From an uncultured Gammaproteobacteria bacterium (GTDB lineage Bacteria; Patescibacteriota; Patescibacteriia; CAZGFX01), in the NCBI GenBank assembly GCA_964524845.1, contig CAZGFX010000001.1:75823-139822 (forward strand): DNA of 64,000 nt, in the 5' to 3' direction. A program made the translations under genes and the position numbers. The notes beneath the pieces are model-generated. The model worked only from the letters and a program-made list of their open reading frames with translations, was not told the origin of the DNA and searched no databases. Shown piece after piece: positions 9,912-18,565 of this stretch. How positions within the stretch are numbered: the first letter of the stretch is position 1; each line of letters starts with the position of its first letter.

Positions 9912-11027
9912 TTATCTAGCCGGAACAAACGCGCCGTTTTTCCATTCTTGAATAAATATATTAAAAATTGCTTTACGATCTTTAAATCCTGTAAACCCAA
10001 CAAGAGGTTCTTCTTTTGATTTATCAAGCTCACGTTTTGTACATTTGGTTTCTTTATTACACAAACTTAATGCGCGACCCAATTGTTTTATATGAATATA
10101 TGTCAAAGCAACCGCTTGATAATTTCCTATCTGCTTACCAGAATTTTCTTGTTGTACTTTTTCTATAAAATCATTACTAGCCGCAGGTAAATCAAACATA
10201 ATAGAACCCTCTAATTTTTCCAAATACTCATTTTCATCCACGTGCGAAAAATTTGCTGCTGCACCAACAAAAATACTTGACAACCCCAATTCTTTAAATT
10301 GTTTGAGAGACGATAGTGCATCTGATTTAAAACCAATACTAAACAACGCTCCGATATTGTTGGTTTTTAATTTCAACAAACTTGATCTAAAATCTGTTGT
10401 TCCTTGATTATATCCTTCTACAATTATATTGTCTCCAAAAATATTTTTAACACCTCTTAAACACATCTCACCATTTTCTAAATTAATTTTTAATACTCCG
10501 ACTTTCTCAATGCCTGTATCTTTTAAAAATTGGGCCGTTTTCTTACACCCCTCTTCGTAATCCAAAAATGTTTTGTATGTATTTAAATTTTCGGAAAGCG
10601 GAGACATTGCGGCCGAAGAATATATATGAATAATTTCCTTGTCCTTTAAAAAAGACGAGACAGAAATTGCAGATGGAGTAAAATCTGTATAGATAGTATC
10701 TGCTTTATCTATATTTATAAGCTTTTGGGCGGCACTTAAAGCTATTTTAGAATCAAGTGCTCCATCTTCTATAAGCAATTCTAAATTATTGATTCCTTCT
10801 TTTTTTAATTCGTCTATTGCCATTCTTGCTCCTATAACAGAGGATTCTCCCCAATACGCCATCGTACCAGTTGTTGCAGTAATAATACCTATTTTAATTG
10901 GTTGTGTGTTTTGTTTTTGATCTTTGTTAATGTTAATATTTTTTGATATTAATACATATGCTGAAAAAGCAATAATAATAGCTATTATTATATACAACGA
11001 TGACATTTTTTTCTTCTGCAAAATCAT
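9912..11027 (-). CDS. Membrane-anchored ABC substrate-binding protein, LivJ-like family (paralogue)
   Basis: IKIGIITATTG, ED, AQKLI; start ATG 11027 by analogy with paralogue. Confidence 0.85.
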   Translation of the reverse strand: MILQKKKMSSLYIIIAIIIAFSAYVLISKNININKDQKQNTQPIKIGIITATTGTMAYWGESSVIGARMAIDELKKEGINNLELLIEDGALDSKIALSAAQKLINIDKADTIYTDFTPSAISVSSFLKDKEIIHIYSSAAMSPLSENLNTYKTFLDYEEGCKKTAQFLKDTGIEKVGVLKINLENGEMCLRGVKNIFGDNIIVEGYNQGTTDFRSSLLKLKTNNIGALFSIGFKSDALSSLKQFKELGLSSIFVGAAANFSHVDENEYLEKLEGSIMFDLPAASNDFIEKVQQENSGKQIGNYQAVALTYIHIKQLGRALSLCNKETKCTKRELDKSKEEPLVGFTGFKDRKAIFNIFIQEWKNGAFVPAR

Positions 11028-11158
11028 ATAATTTAAATGATTAAATACACAAAAAGTATACTCGCTTTCCAAAATTATTCAAACAAAAAACTTACTAGAA
11101 CCTACATCTCCTCCCTCAAAAAAGTATTCGGGACGTGTTTTTGAGCTACTTTGAGAAA
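10933..11158. repeat. Direct repeat copy 2 (226 bp)
   Basis: Covers nrdG 3' end, intergenic spacer and first ~31 codons of binding protein. Confidence 0.95.
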
Positions 11159-11797
11159 TTCTTTCATCTCAGGTATTGAAAAAGATCGCGCATCTTTAAG
11201 CTCATCATTCAAAATCTTGGTCGATTTAAAATTTTGTAAATAATACTCTCTGGCTCCAGTTATCAGTCGCGCCATTTTTTCAACGCTGTCGTGTGTATGT
11301 ATACCCGGAACAAGTGTTGATCTAAATTCATACGGAACAACTCCTTTTAATAACAATGAGATGCTTTTTTTTAATAAATCAGAAGACCCTTTGTTGCCAG
11401 TTACATTTTCATATTCGTCTATGGGTGCTTTTATATCCATAGCGACGTAATCAATAAGATTCTCATCGATAAGTTTTTGTAAAACATCAGGAAATGTGCC
11501 ATTCGTATCAAGTTTTACCATGAATCCCATTTTTTTTATACGCGAAATAAAAGGAACTATGTCCTTATGAATTAATGGCTCTCCTCCACTTATAACGACT
11601 TGCAGCTTCCCGATTCTAGAATTAAGAAACTGCCACACTCCTTCCTCGTCAATCGTCGGTAAAAACCGATCTGGATCAACGAGCTCAGGATTATGGCAGT
11701 ATTTGCATCGAAAATTACATCCTTGTAAAAATATAATCGCCGCGGACTCATTCGGATAATCGAGAAGGGAGTATCTTTGTAATCCCCCTATTCGCAT
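11102..11797 (-). CDS. nrdG: Anaerobic RNR activating enzyme (radical SAM)
   Basis: GCNFRCKYCHNP, SGGEP, KLDTNG, YVAMDIK; next to nrdD. Confidence 0.92.
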   Translation of the reverse strand: MRIGGLQRYSLLDYPNESAAIIFLQGCNFRCKYCHNPELVDPDRFLPTIDEEGVWQFLNSRIGKLQVVISGGEPLIHKDIVPFISRIKKMGFMVKLDTNGTFPDVLQKLIDENLIDYVAMDIKAPIDEYENVTGNKGSSDLLKKSISLLLKGVVPYEFRSTLVPGIHTHDSVEKMARLITGAREYYLQNFKSTKILNDELKDARSFSIPEMKEFLKVAQKHVPNTFLREEM

Positions 11798-11800
11798 AGA

Positions 11801-11998
11801 TTATGAATTAGAACAACAAGAACAAGTTGCGCAAGAATCTTCTGATAATTGTTTATCGTATGTAACTCGAAGTTTAAATTCGCCTTGTTTTCCAACGTGC
11901 CATTGTTGTACCGGACGAATATATCCGACTACTCTGCTGTATACTTCACAGCGTGTTCGTTGACGTGCTTGTGGTTTTTCTACCATATAGGTGTACAT
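11801..11998 (-). CDS. Separate glycyl-radical domain of class III RNR
   Basis: CEVYSRVVGYIRPVQQW..GK..EF..R motif; tail CATCSCC. Confidence 0.88.
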   Translation of the reverse strand: MYTYMVEKPQARQRTRCEVYSRVVGYIRPVQQWHVGKQGEFKLRVTYDKQLSEDSCATCSCCSNS

Positions 11999-12012
11999 AG
12001 GTTATTAATTTT

Positions 12013-14070
12013 TTATGCGGTCGCTTTCAATATCGCTTCTTGACGTTCTTCTGTCGCTATCTCTTCATCACACAAAGGACAGTATTCGTGTTCTCCGTTT
12101 ATGTATCCATGATGCGGGCAAACCGAAAATGTAGGTGTGATAGAGAAATATGGCAAATGATATTTATGTGCGATCGTATGAACTAGTTTCTTCGTTGCTT
12201 CTGCGCTTGGCATTCGCTCTCCAAGAAATATATGGAGCACGGTACCACCTGTATACTTGGTTTGAAGCTTATCCTGAAGATCAAGTGCTTCAAATACATC
12301 ATCGGTATAATTAACCGGGAGTTGTGTAGAGTTTGTGTAGAAAGGTTCTCTTCCTTTTTCTCCTTTACGAACCACTTCATCCGCGGTAATAATATCCGAG
12401 TAACTTTCTTTGTCTATCTTTGCTAAACGATATGATATTCCTTCTCCTGGTGTCGCCTCTAGATTAAACATCTGGCCAGTTTCTTCTTGGTATTGTTGTA
12501 TGACTTCTCTCATGTAATTAAGAATATCCTCAGCAAACAACTGTCCTTTTTCAGTACCAATAGATTCTTCCAGACCAAATAGATTGGCAATTGCCTCGTT
12601 CATACCAATAATTCCAATCGTATTAAAATGGTTTGCCCAATATTCCTCAAATCTCTTGTATACATCAGAAAGATAAAATCTACTATAAGGAAACAATCCA
12701 TTTTGTGTCAATCTTTCAATCAGTTTGCGCTTTATTAGAAGAGATTCTTTTGCTAAATCCATCATTGTCTTCAAAGCTGTCTTGAAATCTTCTTCTGTTT
12801 TAGACTTATATGCTAAACGTGGTAAATTGATTGTTACAACACCAACAGACCCTGTAAGAGGACTTGCTCCGAAAAGACCTCCTCCTCTTTTACGAAGTTC
12901 ACGATTATCTAGACGCAATCTACAACACATGCTTCGTGCATCTTCTGGACTCATGTCGCTATTCACATAATTTGCAAAATACGGAATTCCATACTTCGCA
13001 GTCATGTCCATAAGTTTGTTTACAATTGGACGATCCCAATCAAAGTCTTTCGTGATGTTGTATGTCGGTATAGGGAATGTAAATACACGACCCTTCGCGT
13101 CCCCTTTCATCATCACCTCGGCAAAAGCTTCGTTGATCATATCCATCTCATTCTGAAAATCCTTGTATTGTTTATCCTTTACCTCTCCGCCAATTACAAC
13201 ATACTCATCGGCCTGGTTTGAAGGAACGATCAGATCCATAGTAATGTTCGTGAACGGAGTTTGAAATCCTACGCGTGTTGATACATTTAGATTGAATATA
13301 AACTCTTGCATGGCCTGAAGCACTTGCTTGTATGTTAATTGATCATAATAAACATACGGGGCAAGAAGCGTATCAAAATTTGAAAACGCCTGAGCTCCAG
13401 CAGCCTCTCCTTGAAGCGTGAAAAAGAAGTTTACTACCTGTCCTAATGCGCTTCTGAAATGTTTTGCAGGACCACTCTCAATCTTTCCGGGAACACCTGT
13501 GATACCAGTGTGCAACAAAGCTTTAAGATCCCATCCACAACAATAAGGAGCAAGCATTCCTAGATCATGAATATGCATATCGGCATTTTCATGCGCCTCG
13601 CGAATTTCTTTTGGATAAACATTAGTAAGCCAATACCTGCTTGTCATAGCCGAGAAGATGTAAAAATTCATCCCTTGTAGAGAATAGGCCATGTTGCTGT
13701 TTTCCTTGACCATCCAATCATTCAGGTTTATATACTGGTCAATTAGTGTCTCAAGAGCAAAAAGTTTTTTCATCTCTCGCATGCGCGAATGCTGATCTCT
13801 ATACAAGATGTATGATTTGGCAACAGAATACAACCTCTCGGACATAAGATATTTTTCCACCATATCTTGAATATCCTCAATTTGAGGAGCTGTATCGTTT
13901 GAAAAAAACCTCTCTTGTATTTCGTCAACGACCGACTTCACTACCTTGAGTAATGACACCGTGTCGTCATTGTGCACAGATTCAGCTGCGCGAAATACTG
14001 CCGCATATATTTTTGCCGAATCAAACTTTTCATGTCTTCCATCACGCTTTATGACAAATGTATGTTCCAT
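12013..14070 (-). CDS. nrdD: Class III ribonucleoside-triphosphate reductase with ATP cone, lacking glycyl loop
   Basis: VIKRDG ATP cone, HIHDL, PYCCGW, RSMCCRL, EATPGEG, YTGGTVLH, CPHHGY..CPLC. Confidence 0.95.
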   Translation of the reverse strand: MEHTFVIKRDGRHEKFDSAKIYAAVFRAAESVHNDDTVSLLKVVKSVVDEIQERFFSNDTAPQIEDIQDMVEKYLMSERLYSVAKSYILYRDQHSRMREMKKLFALETLIDQYINLNDWMVKENSNMAYSLQGMNFYIFSAMTSRYWLTNVYPKEIREAHENADMHIHDLGMLAPYCCGWDLKALLHTGITGVPGKIESGPAKHFRSALGQVVNFFFTLQGEAAGAQAFSNFDTLLAPYVYYDQLTYKQVLQAMQEFIFNLNVSTRVGFQTPFTNITMDLIVPSNQADEYVVIGGEVKDKQYKDFQNEMDMINEAFAEVMMKGDAKGRVFTFPIPTYNITKDFDWDRPIVNKLMDMTAKYGIPYFANYVNSDMSPEDARSMCCRLRLDNRELRKRGGGLFGASPLTGSVGVVTINLPRLAYKSKTEEDFKTALKTMMDLAKESLLIKRKLIERLTQNGLFPYSRFYLSDVYKRFEEYWANHFNTIGIIGMNEAIANLFGLEESIGTEKGQLFAEDILNYMREVIQQYQEETGQMFNLEATPGEGISYRLAKIDKESYSDIITADEVVRKGEKGREPFYTNSTQLPVNYTDDVFEALDLQDKLQTKYTGGTVLHIFLGERMPSAEATKKLVHTIAHKYHLPYFSITPTFSVCPHHGYINGEHEYCPLCDEEIATEERQEAILKATA

Positions 14071-14460
14071 AGATTTTGCAACTAAAATAGTAACCCATTC
14101 TATATAAGAATGTGTATATACACGAACGAGAACTGTATTGAGCAGTATCGGCAGGATGCGCGTAATACTACCTAATCGTTTATCCGCCGTTCACACGGAT
14201 ACCGATAACACATGGGTTTATAGGGGCACAAAACCCCTGACAGAGCAAAACGAGATTTGTTTGTTGTATACGTTGTATACTAAAGACGACACATGCTTCT
14301 CCTACCATACCCTGACGCGAAGCATACACCGAGCAAATCGCTCATGCTCTCTCATGCTGTTTCGTATATCCTTTTTAAGGATATCACACTCAGAAAAATA
14401 TTTCTGTGCATAACATCGTCACAACACGAGCTCGGCATAAATACTTGCATATTAGAACAC
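14071..14460 (-). ncRNA. Long structured 5' leader of nrdD (candidate cis-regulatory RNA)
   Basis: Nested helices with G-U pairs on the minus strand: GCCGAGC/GCTCGGT, TCGTGTTGT/ACAGCATGA, GTATGCTTC/GAAGCATGT, TATCGGTA/TGCCGATA; no credible ORF. Confidence 0.55.
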
Positions 14461-14477
14461 AATGCTTTATAGTAACA
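14445..14477. promoter_or_regulatory. Overlapping divergent promoters
   Basis: Plus: TTGCAT-N17-TATAGT; minus: TGnTACTAT (14469-14477). Confidence 0.5.
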
Positions 14478-14494
14478 AAGGATAAAAATTGGTT

Positions 14495-15004
14495 ATGGGT
14501 ATACGAAAAATTACGTTATATATTTTTGCTTTTTTTGGAGGTTTTTTTCCTTTTTTTGCACACGCAATTTGTCCTGTCTGCACCGTTGCAGTGGGGTTTG
14601 GAATAGGCCTTTCTAGGTGGCTTGGTATTGATGACACAATAAGTGGCATATGGGTTGGAGCACTTGCAGTATCAATAAGTGCATGGAGCATTAATGTCTT
14701 ACGTAAGCGAAATATAAAGTTCTTTGGTATGCCTTTTGTTACTTATGTTGTTTGGTACGCAATGATTATTATTCCTCTATGGTATTATGATATTATAGGT
14801 CATCCACTAAACTCAATCTGGGGTATTGATAAACTTATTATTGGAATAATCGCAGGAACAATTGTGTTTGCGCTCGCTGTATTTCTTTATGAATATCTCA
14901 AGAAAAAAAATAATGGACGAGCACATTTTCCTTTTCAAAAAGTTGTAATTCCAATAGTTGTTCTAGGAATCACCAGTGGAATTTTTTATTTTATAACTCG
15001 TTAG
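14495..15004 (+). CDS. Membrane protein with N-terminal CxxC
   Basis: Signal-like segment ending AHA, then ICPVC, GIDD, about 4 TM helices, HFPFQKV. Confidence 0.8.
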   Translation: MGIRKITLYIFAFFGGFFPFFAHAICPVCTVAVGFGIGLSRWLGIDDTISGIWVGALAVSISAWSINVLRKRNIKFFGMPFVTYVVWYAMIIIPLWYYDIIGHPLNSIWGIDKLIIGIIAGTIVFALAVFLYEYLKKKNNGRAHFPFQKVVIPIVVLGITSGIFYFITR

Positions 15005-15018
15005 CATTTTAAAAATAT

Positions 15019-15588
15019 ATGACTACAAATCCATTCAAAGATTTAAATGAGTTTGTTGAAAAAATAGACTCGATGAAAAAACAAGACAAGATGGATCTAT
15101 CATCTGATCAAGATCTCTCTATAGCAATAATGAATCTTATAAGTATTGAGGAGCATTTTTTCTTTACAGGAGCGAAAACAGGAAAGGATGAGTATTATGA
15201 TCTTATTAACGAGGTACGTTCAATGCGCAAGGATCTTCTTAAACGCATTATAAAAGAATACGAAGGAGAGGTCTGGTGTATATCAAAACATCTGCTTGCC
15301 GCATCTATGCGACTCATGGAAGTTGGCACCAAACAACTTGGTGCAGGAAAAAAAGAAGAGGCGTATGATCTTTTCGAAAAAGCATTCAATCTTTATTCTT
15401 TGTTTTGGGGCATGGCACTCAAGATAATCGATACAAAAGGTATCAAAAAAATACAAGACGATGAACTATTCGCCGAAAAAAACAAGGAAAACGACACGGT
15501 ACTCTCAGAAAATAACGAAAATCCGCAAGGAATTACAAAAAAACTAGGCGCGCTTGTTAAGAAAATTATTGATTGTTGTATAGAATAA
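15019..15588 (+). CDS. Helical hypothetical protein with EEH, WCISKHL and terminal DCCIE
   Basis: 189-aa ORF 14 nt after preceding gene. Confidence 0.8.
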   Translation: MTTNPFKDLNEFVEKIDSMKKQDKMDLSSDQDLSIAIMNLISIEEHFFFTGAKTGKDEYYDLINEVRSMRKDLLKRIIKEYEGEVWCISKHLLAASMRLMEVGTKQLGAGKKEEAYDLFEKAFNLYSLFWGMALKIIDTKGIKKIQDDELFAEKNKENDTVLSENNENPQGITKKLGALVKKIIDCCIE

Positions 15589-15611
15589 GGCTATTGATCA
15601 AATTTTTATAA

Positions 15612-15648
15612 AAAAACAAAAACGCTCCGCATTTGGCGGAACGTTTTT
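15612..15648 (-). terminator. Rho-independent terminator, probably bidirectional
   Basis: AAAAACGTTCCGC/GCGGAGCGTTTTT fully paired (one G-U) only on the minus strand, then U-tract. Confidence 0.8.
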
Positions 15649-16233
15649 GCAATTACATGATGATACAACCCGATGTTCATCATATAACATATCGCGTGAG
15701 TCGTTACTCATTAATAATCAAGGATTTCTCCTGAGAAAACGCGATCATTATAAATTAAAAGAGCTATACAAGCGCGGAACAATGGCCTGATATAAACTAT
15801 GAGTAGTCCGAGACACATCATAGCAACACAGTGCAAGAACGTATGAACACAATGCATGGAAGTGTTCATTCATTCACCTTACTCCGCACATCACACAATC
15901 AATATCAGACCAGTTATCCCAACTAGAATTAGGCATGCGCATATTCGAGAATTCGTACGAGTACGAGATCGTGTGGATTTTTCCACCGCCCCACTCTGTA
16001 ACGAACACATATTAATTGCGCATAATGCCTTTTGTTTGCGCGAGCGACGTCTTTTTACGACAAACACTCGTGCACCGAGATATCCTGGCATATGGGTTTG
16101 TTAACAGGATTTTAATATACCCACATACGAAAAAGAATTAAACGGCGTTTTACACCATTAATCTATTCGTAATTTTATGTTTCAAGGAACAATAATTAGC
16201 GGGTATAGAACCCCTCTCCTTTGGAGTAGGTTC
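15612..16233 (-). ncRNA. Candidate large (~620 nt) structured non-coding RNA
   Basis: Own promoter and terminator; multibranch helices TGGTCTGATAT/ATATCAGGCCA, AGGCA..TGCGCA/TGCGCATGCCT, ATCGCGT/ACGCGAT, ATGAACAC/GTGTTCAT, ATCCTG/CAGGAT. Confidence 0.65.
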
Positions 16234-16239
16234 AATATA

Positions 16240-16268
16240 ATGATAACACATTTGTGAAAGAAAGACAA
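16240..16268 (-). promoter_or_regulatory. Sigma70 promoter of candidate ncRNA
   Basis: TTGTCT-N17-TATCAT with TG extension; consensus DnaA box TGTGGATAA nearby at 16311-16319. Confidence 0.6.
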
Positions 16269-16398
16269 CTATGTTGTACAATAATAGCTGTAACCAGCCA
16301 TTTCTACTATTGTGGATAACTTTTTTTTTATTTAATGAAACAATAAGTTTATTTCAAAAATCCCTTTTTTGAGCAAGAAAAAACCATTTTAAAAATAC

Positions 16399-17574
16399 TT
16401 ATATCAAAATATCACGCACCATGCGACACATTCCGAGTGCTGTACCATCATATACCTCGTGTTCTCGAACAGGATATGAGGCTTTTTCTCGATGAAGCTC
16501 TGTAATCATATGATCGGCTGATATTCCTCCATCAACAACTAGTTTGGTTATTTGATAAGGAAGTTTATCTAAGTATTCTCTTGCTGATTTGTATAATAAA
16601 CTTTTCATTTCAAACAAAGCTTTTTCATCAGAACTAACAGAGTTTATCTCAGCCGCTCCTTTGTGAATTGCGAATTCCAAGGCATAAAAAGGTTTTTCAA
16701 AAGGATGGGCTGTAAGTGTAGTTAAAAACGGTTCATGAAGATGAAACTTATCTCCGATAATTTCCATAATGAACGTGCCTGTTCCATATGTTACCTTCGT
16801 TGTTCCAATTTCTTTTCCAGCGGCATATAAACTCGCTTGCTGATCTCCACATATAGCTATCAGAGGAATCGATGCGCCAAGAATTTCTTTACTTATCGTC
16901 CCGAATGGACCTGAGCACGGTACTGGTTTAGATAAAACTTTTTTTTGTATTCCAAATATATTACACAGTTCATCATCCCAATCACACGCATGAATATTGA
17001 AAAGAAGTGTTCGACTTGCATTAGTATAATCCGTCACATATGGATGACCATCACACATATTCCACGCTATCCATGTATCAACGGTTCCTATTTGTAATGA
17101 ATCATTTTCCATGGCACGGCGCGCGTCAGGAACGTTGGATAATATCCAGTTCATTTTTGACGCGGAAAAATATGGGATAATCGGAAGCCCCGTCTTCTCA
17201 CTGACGCGCGCCGTATGATTTCGAGCATACTCATCACAAAAATCTTTCGTACGAGTATCTTTCCAGAGAATCGCAGGATAAAATGGTTTTCCTGTATGCT
17301 TATCCCACGCAACAACCGTCTCTCTTTGTGTTGTAATTCCCATTCCAACAATATCAGAAGTGGTAATTCCAGCTGCTTCGACAGCTTCTCGAATAACTTT
17401 TTTTGATGCTGTGATAATTAGAAGTGGATCTTGTTCTCGTATATCATTTCCAACGAGTTTTGTTTCCATTAAAAACTGGGATCTTCCACATATGGTTTCT
17501 GCCATATCAAACACAAAAGCCTTGATATTTGTCGTACCAACATCAAGAATGAGTATGTGTTTGGGTTTCTCCAT
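16399..17574 (-). CDS. glpK: Glycerol kinase-like FGGY kinase with shortened C-terminal domain
   Basis: LDVGTT, GITTQRET, TDYTNASRT, GDQQASL, KVTYGTGTF; start ATG 17574. Confidence 0.8.
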   Translation of the reverse strand: MEKPKHILILDVGTTNIKAFVFDMAETICGRSQFLMETKLVGNDIREQDPLLIITASKKVIREAVEAAGITTSDIVGMGITTQRETVVAWDKHTGKPFYPAILWKDTRTKDFCDEYARNHTARVSEKTGLPIIPYFSASKMNWILSNVPDARRAMENDSLQIGTVDTWIAWNMCDGHPYVTDYTNASRTLLFNIHACDWDDELCNIFGIQKKVLSKPVPCSGPFGTISKEILGASIPLIAICGDQQASLYAAGKEIGTTKVTYGTGTFIMEIIGDKFHLHEPFLTTLTAHPFEKPFYALEFAIHKGAAEINSVSSDEKALFEMKSLLYKSAREYLDKLPYQITKLVVDGGISADHMITELHREKASYPVREHEVYDGTALGMCRMVRDILI

Positions 17575-17584
17575 ACAATATAAA

Positions 17585-18490
17585 TTATATATATTGCTTA
17601 AATGCATCTTCTGCTTTAACCCCATCAACAACAACGGCGTTTATCATCCTAAGCACAGGATACTTATCAATGGATTTCTCAATAAGTAAACGAACGGATG
17701 AAATAGAGACCAACCCCTCTCCTTTTACAGAACACTTACCTTTTTTCACAAACTCGTCTCCTATTTGTCTGTTTCTCGAATAAGGACTAAATCCTGTTGC
17801 TATGAAATCACCGAGACCCGCTACACCGAATATCTCGCTCGCACCATCAACAATCTCATCGGACAAATTAACCATTTCATGTATACAAGAACTGACCAAG
17901 GCTCCTTTTGTGTTTCCACTTACAGAAAGCCCCTCTGCGATCCCGAGTCCAACAGAATAAATATTTTTAAGAACACCGGCCAGTGCCACAGCGTGAACAT
18001 GTGAGGAATATGAAACCATAAGCTTTGTGTTTGAAAACAACTCTTCAAGTTCGTGATATACTTTCCTATCGTGTGTCGCGACAACAGCATATCCTCTCAT
18101 ATCCTGCATTAATTCCTCAGCAAGCATTGGTCCGCTTAAAAGAGCATATTGGTTTTTTGAAGAAACAACTTCGTCTAATATATCATCGGAAAACATATGT
18201 GTTGATTCTTCAACTCCTTTTGATAAAGACACTATTATTGCTCCTTTCTTTATATGAGGAATACTTAATGTTAATGCTGACCTCAAAGCCCAAGAAGGAA
18301 CACAGAAAAATATACAATCAGCTTCTTTTAATAATTCTTCAAATGGTCTGTCTGTACGTGTTTTTACTGGATCATGATCATATATTGTAATTGAACAACC
18401 ACCACCAGTACACTCTTTCTTTGAGTGAAGCACGTGATCTATGGCAGTTCCAATCTCTCCTCCTCCTATAATAAGAATTGTTTTTATCAT
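17585..18490 (-). CDS. gpsA: NAD(P)H-dependent glycerol-3-phosphate dehydrogenase
   Basis: IGGGEIG, SKGVE, LSGP, GVLKNIY, AGLGDF.AT, SRN. Confidence 0.9.
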   Translation of the reverse strand: MIKTILIIGGGEIGTAIDHVLHSKKECTGGGCSITIYDHDPVKTRTDRPFEELLKEADCIFFCVPSWALRSALTLSIPHIKKGAIIVSLSKGVEESTHMFSDDILDEVVSSKNQYALLSGPMLAEELMQDMRGYAVVATHDRKVYHELEELFSNTKLMVSYSSHVHAVALAGVLKNIYSVGLGIAEGLSVSGNTKGALVSSCIHEMVNLSDEIVDGASEIFGVAGLGDFIATGFSPYSRNRQIGDEFVKKGKCSVKGEGLVSISSVRLLIEKSIDKYPVLRMINAVVVDGVKAEDAFKQYI

Positions 18491-18565
18491 AAATTAAATC
18501 ACATGCATATATTATAGCATATAAATCAGAAAAATTGATTTGGCACGACAATTTTTATGTCTTAA

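Noticed and set aside
11998-12015. Stop read-through joining nrdD to its glycyl domain
   Set aside because: The two ORFs are in different frames; no clear recoding signal
14138-14413. 91-aa ORF in the nrdD upstream region
   Set aside because: TTG start, no RBS, antisense to the structured leader
15856-16104. ORFs 15856-16104 (+) and 15891-16091 (-)
   Set aside because: No RBS or protein-like motif; they overlap dense RNA helices
15612-16233. RNase P, group I/II intron or rRNA fragment as identity of the long RNA
   Set aside because: No GAGGAAAGTCC P4 motif, no group II domain V, no group I P7 elements, no recognisable rRNA sequence
16311-16400. Replication origin
   Set aside because: Only one consensus DnaA box plus an AT tract; no box cluster and no dnaA gene nearby
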